64,000 bases of DNA from Macrostomum lignano (lineage: Eukaryota), in NCBI GenBank assembly GCA_002269645.1, contig NIVC01002449.1, positions 62,001-126,000 of the forward strand, written 5' to 3'. Position 1 is the stretch's first letter. Each line of letters opens with the position of its first letter. Both the position numbers and the translations under genes were made by a program. This document shows, one piece after another, positions 1-30,586 of this stretch. Under the pieces are notes generated by a model, which was not told the DNA's origin, did not search any database, and saw only the letters and a list, made by a program, of their open reading frames with translations.

Positions 1-8
1 AATTTCAG

Positions 9-2444
<2,436 letters not shown>

Positions 2445-2749
2445 GCCGTTTATCTCGTGTAGTCTCGCGCATAGACTTGATTAACTAATCGAAATTTTTC
2501 CCTACGGGACGTATTTACGGTTTCTGCCATCGGGTAACCTTCACCAACGAGAGCAATACATTCGATTCCTTTACCGTACAAACGCAATCTAAAACTATCT
2601 TTAAAACGGAAGGCCACTATACGAACTAAATCTACTCTTACAAGAAAAAAGCCAATAAATATAAATGAAACGACTATTTAAAAATTCTTTGACAACCTTG
2701 ATTATCAAGTGCAAGACAAGTTAAGTTAGGCGTTACGCCGTTACATCAT

Positions 2750-3080
2750 TTTTATGATTGATGATTATCCTGTGTGACTGGGATACTTGATGACTATCTT
2801 GTGACTGGGATGATAAATGATTATCCAGTGTCACTGAAATGATTGATGATTATCCTGTGTGACTGGGATACTTGATGATTATCCTGTGTGACTGGGATGA
2901 TTGATGATTATCCCGTGTGACTGAAATGATTGATGATTATCCCGTGTGACTGAAATGATTGATGATTATCCCGTGTGACTGAAATGATTGATGATTATTC
3001 CGTGTGACTGAAATGATTGATGATTATCCCGTGTGACTGAAATGATTGATGATTATTCCGTGTGACTAATGACTATCCTG
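2750..3080. repeat. 29-bp minisatellite
   Basis: Unit gatgattatcccgtgtgactgaaatgatt, with a period of 29 between 2942 and 2971. Confidence 0.9.
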
Positions 3081-4789
3081 ATGATAAAATGTTCAAAAGC
3101 TAAGAAAATATTAATTAGCATTAAAAGTACATTTGATGGTAGTTTCCATTTTTTGTTGAAAGGTCTTTGAGGGCTTAGCCACGAAGATCAAGTATAGCAA
3201 ACAAATGAAGATCGTTATATTTGTGCGTAGCAATTTTAGCATCCGTTATATTATTTAAGTATGCACAGAAGACAAGATTACAAAATACCATAGCACACAA
3301 AGCAACATTACACAAAAATATATAAAAACCGCAGTTTTCATATTTAGAACCAAGTCGATTACAACAAATAGTTGTTAGTCACTACATCAGCTATGTAATA
3401 GCAAAAATTAAAACAAAAAAGTTTAGAAAGCACAACATTGCTGGTTCCAGTTGTCACTAAATAAAAGTGCATTAACTACTTTAATCAGTAATATGAGCCG
3501 TGTGAAGGACAACATAGATAAACAAAATTACAAAAAAGTACACTTAAGTAATTAAAAAATTAAGGGTGCAGATTAACAAATCGTAGAAAGTGCAAAAAGA
3601 ACATAAAAATTGAACAGAGTCGCACAACAAAAAACCCCCTGAAAACAGTGAGAACACAGAAATCACAGATTTTGTTTATTTATTAATTTGATATTGCCAG
3701 AAAAAAACACAATTTTCAGAATTTTGATAAAAGAAAAAAGATCAACAGAAAAATGAGGAATTGTGAATAAAAAACTACTAGCTACTCAATAAGTAGTGTG
3801 TTGTAGTATGAATACTGGAATTTTTTGAAATTTTATAAGAAATCACAGTGTATCAGTTGTAATGATGCTTGTTGCTTTGCAAATCACAATAAAAATACTA
3901 TGTAAACCATAATTCAAGCACATAGCATATTATGCTACAAAGTGCAGAACGTACTATTAAATAAAAGCCTGCAACGATTCGATTGAAATCAAAACTAATT
4001 AATTAAATTGAGTCATGCTATTAATTATGCACTTTAATAAGCTTAATAAATGGATTAATGATATTAATTTTACAATGTAAAAATTAAAATATTTATTATT
4101 CAATAGATAAAAATCCTTTAGAATCTTGCCCAGAACAAAAGCATAACAGACTGAAAATTATGAGTGCTAAAAGTTTAAAACCACAATTTATAAAACAAAA
4201 CCGAAAAAACAAGGTTTAACAATTTTGTTAAAACCGAGCAGGCCAAATAGGTCAAATTTAACTGATAATTTGTTTAAAATGCGAGTGAAAAAAACACGGA
4301 AAACGAAAAGAAAAATGAAATAAGCAAACCTGTCACTTCAGATTAACCCAATTTGGCAATTGGACCCAAAAAAAGACAGCTGTAATTTATTAAGTAAATA
4401 TATACTTGCCATTTAAACTATGGAAATTGTCAATGGAATCTATCAATTAAAAACTGAATAATTCTTGATAAAATTAAAACAAATTAATCTAGTAAACTTA
4501 TATCACTACTCCTGAAGAGACCATGTCAGTAGTTAATAAGAGGAACGCGATAAAATTTAAAGAATGTCAGGATAAATAATGCAAATAACCGTAAAATTAA
4601 TTTATAATTTTTTAATAAATTATAAAAACCGTAAACCAACAAAGCCAAACTTGAAGGAAATTAATATAAAAATTTCCAGGAAAAAATGAAGTCAAATCCA
4701 CAGGAGCAAAATAAAAGAAATTTTTGCGAATGTCGAAATTCGTACTATTAGAATTCGGGCAGAATTTCGTTAACTTTCGGATTTGGGAT

Positions 4790-5740
4790 ATTTAAAATCG
4801 GAATTAGGATTCTTAAAATCGGGATTGGGATTCTTAGAATCGGGACTCGGGTTCTTGGAAACAGGATTGAGATTCTTAGAAACGAGATCGGGAATTTGGG
4901 ATTCGTAGAATCGGAATTAGTATTCCTAGAATTGGAATTGGTATTCCTAGAATCGGAATAGGGATTTTTGGAATCGGGATTGGGATTGTAAGAATCGGGA
5001 TTGGGAATTTGGGATTCGTAGAATCGGAATTAGTATTCCTAGAATCGGAATCGGTATTCCTAGAATCGGAATTGGTATTCCTAGAATCGGAATTGGTATT
5101 CCTAGAATCGGAATTACTATTCCTAGAATCGGAATTAGTATTCCTAGAATCGGAATAGGGATTTTTAGAATCAGGATTGGGATTGTAAGAATCGGGATTG
5201 GGAATTTGGGATTCGTAGAATCGGAATTAGTATTCCTAGAATCGGAATTGGTATTCCTAGAATCGGAATTGGTATTCCTAGAATCGGAATTACTATTCCT
5301 AGAATCGGAATTAGTATTCCTAGAATCGGAATAGGGATTTTTGGAATCAGGATTGGGATTGTAAGAATCGGGATTGGGAATTTGGGATTCGTAGAATCGG
5401 AACTAGTATTCCTAGAATCGGAATTAGTATTCCTAGAATCGGAATTAGTATTCCTAGAATCGGAATTAGTATTCCTAGAATCGGAATTGGTATTCCTAGA
5501 ATCGGAATTAATATTCCTAGAATCGGAATTGATATTCTTAGAATCGGGATTGGGGATTGGGATTATTAGAATCGGAATTGGTATTCCTAAAATCTGGATT
5601 GGGATTATGAGAATCAGGATTGGAATTCTTAGAATCAGGATTGGGATTTCGAGAATCAGGATGGGGATTCTGAGAAGCAGGATTGGGATTCTTAGAATCG
5701 AAACTGAGATTCTAAGAAACAAAATTCGGACTGGAACTCC
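4790..5740. repeat. 21-bp minisatellite (with variants)
   Basis: Unit agaatcggaattagtattcct; it explains the FLESELV read-through ORF. Confidence 0.9.
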
Positions 5741-5931
5741 AATAATTTGGATAAGCTAATGGTTGTTAGCATGGACAGACATGGGGTGTGCTTAAAAAAT
5801 TTTTAACCAAACAACGGAATGAATTTCAAACTGGAATCACATTAAAACTGCAAAACAAACAGTTCTATACAGATTTAAAAAAGAAGTACACAAAAATCAG
5901 TAGGTAAATTAGTCACTTATCACTAAACCGA

Positions 5932-8348
5932 TTAAGCATTGTCCTGATCTGCAGGAGCTGTTGCAGCAGTTTTATATCTAACTTTACCCTGGGCCACGCT
6001 GTACGTGTTAAGACCCTCGGTGACCAGAGCCAGCCGGTCCGGTTCGTGATATTTCAGGTAGTCCTCAAGCGTTACCCAGCCGCCGCCGACGCGAACCATT
6101 TTGGTATTGCGGAAAACTCTAACAGCCAGCTTTGGTTTTTGTTGCTGTGGCTGCTGTTGCTGCTGCCGTTGTTGCTGCTTCTGCTGGCTCAAGTTGGAGC
6201 TCTGCCGACCGCCGCTGGTTAAACGTTGATCAGAGACGACTGAAGGTCTTCGCTGCTGCCGTTGCTTAAAATTTAGTGGCGATTTTATGTGATTGGAGCA
6301 TAGCTGGAGATGGGGTGCAACTGGGGATCTGGGGGCTGGCCCAGCAACCTGGATCTGGGAGGCTGGCCCAGAAACTGGGGATCTGGGAGGCTGGACCAGC
6401 AACTGAGGATCTAGGAGGCTGGCCCAGCAGCTGAGGCGATGTGAAATGATACTGGAATCCCATATTACAAGCCCTCACCTGCCCAGCACTACTCGGTCTC
6501 TGAGGCTTTCTCTGAAGCTGCTGCTGAGCAGTCTGCTGATTTTGCTTCAAGGATCTGAGCGGCTGCTGCTGCTGCAAAGACTGCTTCCTCAGCTGCTGAG
6601 TTCGATCAGTTTTAGAACCCCCCGCCGATCCAGCAGCAGTCGACGTCGATGTTGTCGATTTTCTAGTCGCTGATGTCGGCTTAACTTTTTGAGCCGCACT
6701 TTTTAAACCATTGCCACCAGCGTTGCCATTCTTGCTACTGTCAGTAGGCTGTCTAGCGTCGGATTTTTTCTTTGGAGTTGGAGCGCTTCCGACGCTTCCG
6801 TCGCAGATGTCGCCAGCGGACGATGACCGCTGCCTGACGTAGCCGCTGCCGGCAGATGCACAGGCGCCAAATTCGTCATTTGACGCCTCCGAGGACGTCG
6901 ATGCTGCGGACAATTCAATCATTGTCGGCGTGGCAGCGGCAACGGCTCCAGATGTCGAAGTCGATGTCGACAGGCCGTCGATTTCTCGTTCTAGTCGAAC
7001 AATCTGGGGCGCCGGTAAGCCGAGGTTCGGACAGGCTCTGGCTAGCTGGAGCAGGGTGAGCACCAGGTTGCGCTCTTCGCGCCGCTCCACCAAGCCGGAG
7101 GTCTCGAACAGCAGCACGTCATCAAGGCGTTGATCGGAGCGGCACCAGGTGAGGAACACGGAGATGTTGTCGCGTGCCAGGAAACTGCCGGCTCGGGCCG
7201 ACTGGTGACAGCGGCGCGGCGACTGGCCCGCTGCTGACTGTGGTTGGGAAGCGGGGGCGGATTGGGGCGGAAAATTTTAGAGAGGGGTAAAGACAAAAAC
7301 GGCAGAAAAAGAGTAGCGGCGGAATAGAATGCTAGGGTGGTAATGGAGCGCGATAAGAGGAGGCGGATAAAAAGCGAATGGGGTGTATAAAGAGAGAAAA
7401 GGGGGGCGGATAAGGAGCGATAGGGTGCGGATAAAGAGCGATAGGGGGGGGCGGATAAAGAGCGATAGGGAGGGATAAAGAGCGATAGGGGCGGATAAAG
7501 AGCGATAGGGGGCGGATAAAGAGCGATAAGGGGGGCGGATAAAGAGCGATAGGGGGGCGGATAAAGAGCGATAAGGGGGGCGGATAAAGAGCGATAAGGG
7601 GGGCGGATAAAGAGCGATAGGGGGGCGGATAAAGAGCGATGGGGGCGGATAAGGAGCGATAGGGTGCGGATAAAGAGCGATAGGGGGCGGATAAGGAGCG
7701 ATAGGGGGGCGGATAAAGAGCGATGGGGGCGGATAAGGAGCGATAGGGGGGGGCGGATAAAGAGCGATGGGGGGGCGGATAAAGAGCGATGGGGGGCGGA
7801 TAAAGAGCGATAGGGGGGCGGATAAAGAGCGACAAGGGGCGGATAAAGAGCGATAGAGGGAGGGGGCGGATAAAGAGCGATATTGGGCGGACGGTGAAGA
7901 GCGGTAAAAAGTGCAGATTAAAGTTTATCATGATTATATTAAAAAAACTAACCTGCATTTTTTGCATAAGCCGACACAGCAGTACTCCATTCTCCAAATA
8001 GTCCAGGTAATTTTCCGGGTCTATTGGCGTACTCAATTCTGAAATAAAACAATTTAATTTAATTAGAATTTAACTCATAACAGGGTAAACAGCGAGAGCA
8101 AAATCACACTGTCTCCCACAGATTTTCAAGGGCCGACTAGAGCGCACCGGACAGCGCATAGTCGAACGCCTCGTCATCTAATTAGTGAAACTAAAAAACT
8201 TACCAAGCAGTTGACTGAGCCATTCGCACAGATCGTCTCGAATCAACTCGAGCGCTCTATCCAAGCTTTGCTGAAATTTCCCAACTGATTCGGAATCCTC
8301 AGCGCGCTCGGGATCCGGGTTCGCTTCAAAGGATGCTGAGTTGGCCAT
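5932..8348 (-). CDS. GAS2-like protein (calponin-homology domain plus partial GAR domain); exons 8348-8204, 8038-7953, 7237-6479, 6264-5932
   Basis: The GAS2-type CH domain reads DDLCEWLSQLL..YLENGVLLCRL..CHQSARAGSFLARDNISVFLTWCR..LLFETSGLV..RNLVLTLLQLAR..PQIVRLEREID. The GAR motif reads VRVFRNTKMVRVGGGWVTLEDYLKYHEPDR. Junctions are GT-AG with phases 1,0,0. The start codon is inferred, and a possible acceptor lies upstream at ~8407. Confidence 0.88.
6310..6430. repeat. Few copies of the 28-bp gggaggctggcccagcaactggggatct unit in GAS2-like intron
   Basis: Same unit as the 18750-22020 array. Confidence 0.85.
7340..7890. repeat. ~22-bp G-rich minisatellite in GAS2-like intron
   Basis: Unit ggataaagagcgataggggggc with a variable G run. 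Confidence 0.9.
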
Positions 8349-8429
8349 TCTGCCCGCATCTGTTATAGTAGTCCCCGGCTGCACTGGACTGGAGAGAAGG
8401 ACTGCAACTGAAGTTTGTGAAATAGAAGT

Positions 8430-9060
8430 ATCTACTTTTGCATCTATCTGCCAATTTACCATATCTACCTACGGATCTACTTTTGCATCTATCTGCCAAT
8501 TTACCATATCTACCTACGGATCTACTTCTGCATCTATCTGCCAATTTACCATATCTACCTACGGATCTACTTCTGCATCAATCTGCCAATTTACCATATC
8601 TACCTACGGATCTACTTTTGCATCTATCTGCCGATTTACCATATCTACCTACGGATCTACTTCTGCATCTATCTGCCAATTTACCATATCTACCCAGAGA
8701 TCTACTTCTGCATCTATCTGCCAATTTACCATATCTACCTACGGATCTACTTCTGCATCTATCTGCCAATTTACCATATCTACCTACGGATCTACTTCTG
8801 CATCTATCTGCCAATTTACCATATCTACCTACGATTTTACTTCTGCATCTATCTGCCAATTTACCATATCTACCTACGGATCTACTTCTGCATCTATCTG
8901 CCAATTTACCATATCTACCTACGGATCTACTTCTGCATCTATCTGCCAATTAACCATATCTACCTACGGATCTACTTCTGCATCTATCTGCCAATTTACC
9001 ATATCTACCTACGGATCTACTTCTGCATCTATCTGCCAATCTGCCTACAGATCTATATCT
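8430..9060. repeat. 45-bp minisatellite
   Basis: Unit catctatctgccaatttaccatatctacctacggatctacttctg, about 13 copies (15-aa periodic ORFs). Confidence 0.92.
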
Positions 9061-9974
9061 ACCTATGGAGCTACTCTACTTAAAATTGAATAAAGGAGGC
9101 AAAGTGAACAGTTAACAATACTCGTACCAAAAGCGATCCAACTACTAAACAAGCATGCAGACATTGTTTGTCACTGAAAAAGTTTAATAATTAGTCAGGC
9201 GAGAAGTTAATACAGTAGATATAAAATATCAGACAATTTGATTGCATAATATAAAAATCAAGCTATAAATAATTTGTGTAAAAATGTTCACATAGATAAT
9301 AAAACACATCAAGAGGTCAACTTTAACGTTCATAAATTTCCTGCAAATTTTATGTAACAATAAAACCAACTAAAAAGTGCATTATGCGTGCAAGGAGAGG
9401 TGCAAGATAAAAGTGACTGCACAATATGTTACAGTAATTAGAGTATAAACATGTACTTGTATAGGATTACTAAAGTTTATGCTATATAACAAAACGACTT
9501 AAAAAAACAATTTGGAATGTGTGGAATTACCTCAAAATTGATAGTTTAAAAAGTAATAAAATTTAAACGTTTAAATTTAGTAGTGAGTAGTATACACAGC
9601 GCTTGGTCACCAATATTTAGTTATAAAAAAGAATTAGGGAACTCGAAAACTTGAAAAATGCAGATTCTCTTTGTTCAAGACCTACCAAAACTTTTACCAC
9701 CTGATATGATACTATAATAGATATTAATATGATGGGCAAAACGCAAAATATAAACATTTAAGTTGATATGGGTTACTAAAATTAACAAAACTACTGCGAC
9801 TTAATCATTGCGGGACAGAACCGCCCACCAATAAAAGTAAGACTGGCAGGCAAAAAAAAACTTGATTGAGTGGCCTGCGAGGAACACCCAGCTTTACATC
9901 GGTTTAGGGAGGTAACTGACAGGACACAATTAATACGCTTGATGGACATAGATCCAGGGGAGACAGACAAATTC

Positions 9975-12156
9975 TGAGGGGAGATGGACACACATCCTGA
10001 TTAGGAGACAGACACAAATCCTGATTGGGAGACAGACACAAATCCTGATTGGGAGACAGACACAAATCCTGATTGGGAGACAGACACAAATCCTGATTGG
10101 GAGACAGACACAAATCCTGATTGGGAGACAGACACAAATCCTGATTAGGAGACAAACACAAATCCTGATTGGGAGACAGACACAAATCCTGATTGGGAGA
10201 CAGACACAAATCCTGATTGGGAGACAGACACAAATCCTGATTGGGAGACAGACACAAATCCTGATTGGGAGACAGACACAAATCCTGATTAGGAGACAAA
10301 CACAAATCCTGATTGGGAGACAAACACAAATCCTGATTGGGAGACAGACACAAATCCTGATTGGGAGACAGACACAAATCCTGATTAGGAGACAGACACA
10401 AATCCTGATTGGGAGACAGACACAAATCCTGATTGGGAGACAGACACAAATCCTGATTGGGAGACAGACACAAATCCTGATTGGGAGACAGACACAAATC
10501 CTGATTGGGAGACAGACACAAATCCTGATTAGGAGACAAACACAAATCCTGATTGGGAGACAGACACAAATCCTGATTGGGAGACAGACACAAATCCTGA
10601 TTGGGAGACAGACACAAATCCTGATTGGGAGACAGACACAAATCCTGATTGGGAGACAGACACAAATCCTGATTAGGAGACAAACACAAATCCTGATTGG
10701 GAGACAGACACAAATCCTGATTGGGAGACAGACACAAATCCTGATTGGGAGACAGACACAAATCCTGATTGGGAGACAGACACAAATCCTGATTGGGAGA
10801 CAGACACAAATCCTGATTAGGAGACAAACACAAATCCTGATTGGGAGACAAACACAAATCCTGATTGGGAGACAGACACAAATCCTGATTGGGAGACAGA
10901 CACAAATCCTGATTGGGAGACAGACACAAATCCTGATTGGGAGACAGACACAAATCCTGATTAGGAGACAAACACAAATCCTGATTGGGAGACAGACACA
11001 AATCCTGATTGGGAGACAGACACAAATCCTGATTGGGAGACAGACACAAATCCTGATTGGGAGACAGACACAAATCCTGATTGGGAGACAGACACAAATC
11101 CTGATTAGGAGACAAACACAAATCCTGATTGGGAGACAGACACAAATCCTGATTGGGAGACAGACACAAATCCTGATTGGGAGACAGACACAAATCCTGA
11201 TTGGGAGACAGACACAAATCCTGATTGGGAGACAGACACAAATCCTGATTAGGAGACAGACACAAATCCTGATTGGGAGACAAACACAAATCCTGATTGG
11301 GAGACAGACACAAATCCTGATTGGGAGACAGACACAAATCCTGATTGGGAGACAGACACAAATCCTGATTAGGAGACAGACACAAATCCTGATTGGGAGA
11401 CAGACACAAATCCTGATTGGGAGACAGACACAAATCCTGATTGGGAGACAGACACAAATCCTGATTGGGAGACAGACACAAATCCTGATTGGGAGACAGA
11501 CACAAATCCTGATTAGGAGACAAACACAAATCCTGATTGGGAGACAGACACAAATCCTGATTGGGAGACAGACACAAATCCTGATTGGGAGACAGACACA
11601 AATCCTGATTGGGAGACAGACACAAATCCTGATTGGGAGACAGACACAAATCCTGATTAGGAGACAAACACAAATCCTGATTGGGAGACAGACACAAATC
11701 CTGATTGGGAGACAGACACAAATCCTGATTGGGAGACAGACACAAATCCTGATTGGGAGACAGACACAAATCCTGATTGGGAGACAGACACAAATCCTGA
11801 TTAGGAGACAAACACAAATCCTGATTGGGAGACAAACACAAATCCTGATTGGGAGACAGACACAAATCCTGATTAGGAGACAAACACAAATCCTGATTGG
11901 GAGAAAGACACAAATCCTGATTGGGAGACAGACACAAATCCTGATTGGGAGAAAGACACAAATCCTGATTGGGAGACAGACACAAATCCTGATTGGGAGA
12001 CAGACACAAATCCTGATTGGGAGACAGACACAAATCCTGATTGGGAGACAGACACAAATCCTGATTGGGAGACAGACACAAATCCTGATTGGGAGACAGA
12101 CACAAATCCTGATTGGGAGACAGACACAAATCCTGATTGGGAGACAGACACAAATC
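9975..12156. repeat. 24-bp minisatellite, ~90 copies, with 144-bp (6-mer) higher-order period
   Basis: Unit cagacacaaatcctgattgggaga. The variant attAggagacaAac recurs at ~10531, 10675, 10819, 10963, 11107 (period 144). Confidence 0.95.
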
Positions 12157-12181
12157 GGGGGGGGGGGACACAACAGCAGAA

Positions 12182-26743
<14,562 letters not shown>

Positions 26744-27799
26744 TTGACACTGATTGCTGTTTTAAATCACTTGGCGCTGCACTGGTAGATAACGGCTGGA
26801 AATCAGCATAGCATAAAATGAAATAATTGAATAACAATTATCATTTTTATAAGTGCTATGAAAATACAGACAAAATTAAGATGCATGCTTTAAAACTAAG
26901 ATGCACGTTTTAAATAGGTAGGGAACTCAGTGAGATTGTGGTAAAATTAAAAAATGCAAAATATAACCAAAACAGTGCTTAAAATAGAAATAAAAATGCC
27001 TTAAAATGAGACAAAACAGACCTATTAGACAAATTTTTACAAAAGTTACATTGAAGACAAGTTAGCCTACACTTTTTGCAAGATTTTTTTTTATTGTGAC
27101 AATTGTAAAAATATAGTTGTTTGATATTTCAATTTTTCTAATAAACATTATATTTTTATATTAAATCATATTAAATATATTCTTCATATTAAAAAGGGTA
27201 CTTTAAGGCCAAGAAATTTTTTTTAAAGTTTCAAATGCTACTAAAAATGCTGCAATTTGACAATAGATTTTCTAATACAGAATTCATTAAAAAATACAAT
27301 AGAATGAGTGCTATTATTATAACATGCTACACTTTTCTGAGCCTAGAGCCTAAAGTACCTACTATATGTATAAGTGAATAATAGATTTTTGAAGTCTTAT
27401 ACATGCATTTTGAATGGCAAATAAACAGATTATATATCTATTTCTTGTTTATTATACATAATTACAAAGTACTTAGGGAATACCAGTTATCAAATAAGCA
27501 TGTTTCAAAATTTGGCACACATGTAGATAAGTTATAACTGAGGTAGGCCTTATCTTAGCGATTGCTTGTTTCTTAGAAAGTAGTACGTTTGAAATTAGAC
27601 TATTTTTGTTTTAATGCGTATAATATTAGTATTGTAAATATTATGAATATTATGAAATGTTATTTGTTTGAAATGAACTAGAGAGGAGTATAAATATACG
27701 AGCTGAAACTGAAGGAGAGCAACTCGCCTCGTTGCATGGCTTCAAAGCTTAAAACTGTTCTAGTATCCTAAGATTGAAGCTTGATTAATACTTATTGAC

Positions 27800-28360
27800 T
27801 TAGTTATTTAGCAGCATTAGGATCCCCAAATTGGGAGAAACTTAGTCCGTTCTCAGAGAACGAGAAAACCTAGACTTAGAAGTCTAGTAACCCGCCTTTA
27901 GAAAGGCAGAAATCCTACCACAGGGTAGAGAAAGCCAGGCTTAGAGTCTGAGAAACCCGCCTCAGGGCAGAATACCCAGCAAAGTGTGCTGTGACCCTCT
28001 GATCCCGGGAACGCCCAGGACTGAGAGAATAACATCTTTAGAGGAATATAAGAATAGGATAGACAGTGCCTAAAAAGACTGCTCAGGCCTGAAAGTACAA
28101 TAAAAGTACAGACGCTACCAATAAAAGTACATACGCTACCAATAGAAGTACAGACGCTACCAATAGAAGTACATGCGCTACCAGTAAGTAAACAGTAAGA
28201 ACAGTAAAAAGAATCACACCTGTAACAACTTTAGTGACAGCGGTGAAATCATTTGTAGGGACAGAAGTTACCCCTACGACAACTTTGGTGTCAGCGATTA
28301 AGATTCTTATAGAGAGCCAAAAGGCCTGTTACAACTTTGGTGACATAACGGTGGGATTCT
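27800..28360 (+). mobile_element. Probable LTR-retrotransposon remnant (LTR 3' end plus PBS-like motifs)
   Basis: A 21-bp repeat with AATAAA (28099-28185) is followed by three copies of ACA-ACTT-T(G/A)GTG(A/T)CA...G(G)TG(G)GAT at ~28221, ~28278 and ~28327. The pattern resembles an LTR end (..TAACA) followed by a TGG-starting PBS. No internal ORF is present. Confidence 0.4.
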
Positions 28361-28671
28361 CAGTGTACAGGAAGCACCCCTGGTACATAACAATATGATA
28401 GGCAAATAATAACTATAGAGTGGAAGAGTACAGATTAATATTAAATTGATTGATGTGCAATTAATGCCAAAATGATTTTTAAAATAAGAGAAAAAAATAC
28501 AAAAAATGAGGTAATATAATAAAAATAGGGTAAGCCAAAGAATAGTTATAGAAAAAATACTTTTTTTAGTATGTAGCCTAATTATTTGCAAAAATGATTA
28601 GTCTTTTATAGGCAAAATATATTGAGCCAACAAAAACATCAATGACAAAATTTTGCATGCTATAACTTTGA

Positions 28672-28760
28672 AGGCAGCATTGAAGCTCTTATTTTTTCTA
28701 TTTTTTGTGCTAAGTAGTTAAGTCTCCTTGCTGATTGGTAATTGTGTTATAATTCATCAA
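28672..28760. repeat. Dispersed ~90-bp repeat, second copy at 33160-33246
   Basis: gaaggcagc(a/g)ttgaagctcttattttttc...gtgctaagtagttaagt...ctgattggtaattgtgttataattcat is present at both sites. Confidence 0.85.
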
Positions 28761-28959
28761 TGTTATTTCATATAAGATTCATTTGGGAATCCCTACAATA
28801 TCGAGGCTTGCAGGGAATCGCTATAATGCTGTAGTAGTGCTATAATAACTCTTAGAGAGAATTATGTATATTCTGTATAAATATACATATTTTTGTCTTA
28901 TTTTAATATGATATATATATATATAACACTTAACACTTCCACACTGCATTTTCAATACT

Positions 28960-30000
28960 GTGACGCAATTCAAGTTGGAGTTACAATTCAGTTATGATGC
29001 AATCTATTTCAGAATCAGAATTCAACTAGTCAGTTTTTTTTAGCATTCTTACAATGCATTTCAAGTTGAAAAGTTTGCTTGAACTTTGCAAAAAAGCATG
29101 TTTTTTTAATATTTAATCCTTTTAGCATTGACTAACTTCTTAGCCAAAGCACATATACTGCCATGGGAAAATTTCTGCTTGAACAGTTCAAGTCTCATGA
29201 AAATCGGTTAAGCCATTTTTTCTCTAATCCTATCACATTTTAGTATATAGGAAAGGACTAGCAATCTACACCCCCCCATTGGGGAGCCAAAGAAATGCAA
29301 TACATGTTTTTTTAATAAGCTACATGTAGCCTTGAAATCTTAAAAAATTTCCTGTGAACCTCAACATGGTGGCTCTTTAATGTTTGACATGGTGGCTCTT
29401 TAATGTTTGACATGGAGTCACATATATGTTTGATATGATGGCTCTTTTATGTTTAGCATTTTGTTTTTAAGGTGTTTTAAAAAATATTTTGCATTACTAA
29501 GGTTGCCTACGAAGGTTTTTGCTAACCCAGGTTGTTACATTAGCAGTCTAGTCTGTTCACATCCAGACTGTCTCTTTTCAATTGGAGAGCATGAATTATG
29601 GCCTTTATAATTAAATTCTTGCAGCAATTTGGTTAGAGTAAAAAGTTATGACATAATCAATTTCTTAGTTAGTCAGTATCAGTCTCAATTTAAGTTTGCA
29701 ATATGCATGGTTATGCAATTTAAATCAAGTTGTGTGTGCATTTCTTCGACACTGTTTTCAACTTGTTGTGATGCAATCTTTATCAGAATCAAAATTCAGT
29801 CAGTCAGTTTTGTCTCTAGCATTTTTACAATGCATTTCAGGTCAAAAGAGCTGCTTGACCTTTGCAAAAAAGCATGTTTTTAGAATATTTAATCCCTTTA
29901 ACATTGAGCAATTTCTTAGCTAAGATGCATGTACCGTCACAGGAAAATTTCTGATCAAATGGTGCAAGTTTGAAGAAAATTGGTTGAGCCGTCTTTTTCT
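28960..30000. repeat. Two diverged direct copies (~28985-29230 and ~29760-30000) of a dispersed repeat
   Basis: Shared tgatgcaatct..cagaatca..ttacaatgcatttca..ctttgcaaaaaagcatgttttt..aatatttaatcc..ttcttagc. Confidence 0.7.
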
Positions 30001-30586
30001 AAAATATATATTTTATATACATATAGACAACTCATTTTTAGTATATAGGATATAGTTTTCATTTTTAGTATATTTGATTTTGGCAAAAACGCGATCAAAA
30101 TCGGTGAAGAATTGCAATCTCTAGAGTGTTATGGACATACAAACCTTAGAGATTTAGTATATTTGGATATAGGCCTAGGCCATACTATCTAATTAAAAAA
30201 ACTCTAATAAGCCATTTAAAAATATTATATTTAAGCCAAAAAAATTATCATAGCCCAGGGCCTAGCTATAAATTGAATCAGTCAAACCTCTATTTAGTAT
30301 TAGAATGGGTATTAAGACTTGTCAACTTTTTTGTCAACTGGCCTAGTTGCATAGTATGATAAACTCATCAACTGGTTAATTTCTCAACTAGTAAGTTAAC
30401 CTAAGTCAAAATAAAAATTTGTCAAGTTAAAATTTGTCGAATAGAAGCTGTAACTTTATTATAAACTGATAAATTTGTCAGCATAGTATAGTAGGTGCAG
30501 CTGTTTTAGTGCACTGTTTATCTAATAAGTTGAATTGTCTTGTTTCAGTGTAGGCCTATGAAATGATGCTTTTAAACAGTTGGTAA

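Noticed and set aside
9791-9915. Possible extra terminal exon after a tgtcctgtcag acceptor
   Set aside because: No matching donor was found in the Girdin-like last exon, which already ends in TAA at 12182-12184.
9904-12173. 755-aa and 747-aa periodic ORFs (PNQDLCLS / IRICVCLP)
   Set aside because: They are stop-free read-throughs of a 24-bp tandem repeat, open in several frames, with no splice or start context.
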